DNA from: Gemmatimonadota bacterium
Lineage (GTDB): Bacteria > Gemmatimonadota > Gemmatimonadetes > Gemmatimonadales > GWC2-71-9
Reading direction: 5' to 3'
NCBI GenBank assembly: GCA_036679605.1
Contig: JAZDCZ010000237.1
Span: 1-47,210, forward strand
Length of the DNA stretch: 47,210 bases
Of the stretch, positions 47,053 through 47,210 are shown piece by piece. The translations under genes were made by a program, and so were the position numbers. The notes under the pieces are model-generated. The model was not told where the DNA came from. It saw only the letters and a list, made by a program, of their open reading frames with translations, and did not search any database. Position 1 is the first letter of the stretch. Each line of letters opens with the position of its first letter.

Positions 47053-47210
47053 GGACGGAGGCTGGGAATCGCCGTTTTCCCGTTGTTCGCGCGTTAGAAA
47101 ACGCGCGCTACCATGAGAAGGCCAAGTTGTCAAGTTCGCCGACGTGGCGGCTACGCCTGTGCTCATCGATTGGCTACCATCCGCACTCTGATCGGTGCCC
47201 GTTTGCACCG

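Overview
A GC-rich bacterial window; the gene content looks Gemmatimonadota-like, which is my inference. (i) 1-13.1 kb is an accessory patchwork around two tRNAs, Val-CAC (1142-1215) and Ile2-CAT (13027-13100). It holds a partial TIR-domain gene and an integrase remnant, a DUF4153 membrane protein, and a lower-GC pair: a thioredoxin-fold selenoprotein (UPRC motif with an fdhF-like SECIS, missed by the ORF track) followed by an arylsulfotransferase-family gene. A redox module (SagB-type nitroreductase, triple-CxxCH mini-protein, bacilliredoxin, Cys-tailed MarR, two ferredoxins, IsdG-like ABM) is bracketed by a 35-bp direct repeat. (ii) 14-30.4 kb is a Wzx/Wzy-type surface polysaccharide locus: WecA-like initiator, nine glycosyltransferases, two methyltransferases, with a wzi-like gene further right. 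(iii) 30.4-36.5 kb has two IPCT-like nucleotidyltransferases, two CDP-alcohol phosphotransferases and a radical SAM/SPASM enzyme. (iv) 35-41.8 kb has a Y1 HUH transposase (RAYT-like) with about 10 covarying double-hairpin REP copies, an 11-bp minisatellite, vapBC, an AAA/DUF4143 ATPase and a Fic gene. (v) 43.5-47.2 kb has a tRNA with a Leu-type body but a CGC (Ala) anticodon, hflX with an in-frame loss of G3/switch II, a toxin-antitoxin (TA) cassette ending in an attC site, TA remnants and a Phd-VapC pair. All family calls come from motif recognition by eye; no searches were run.
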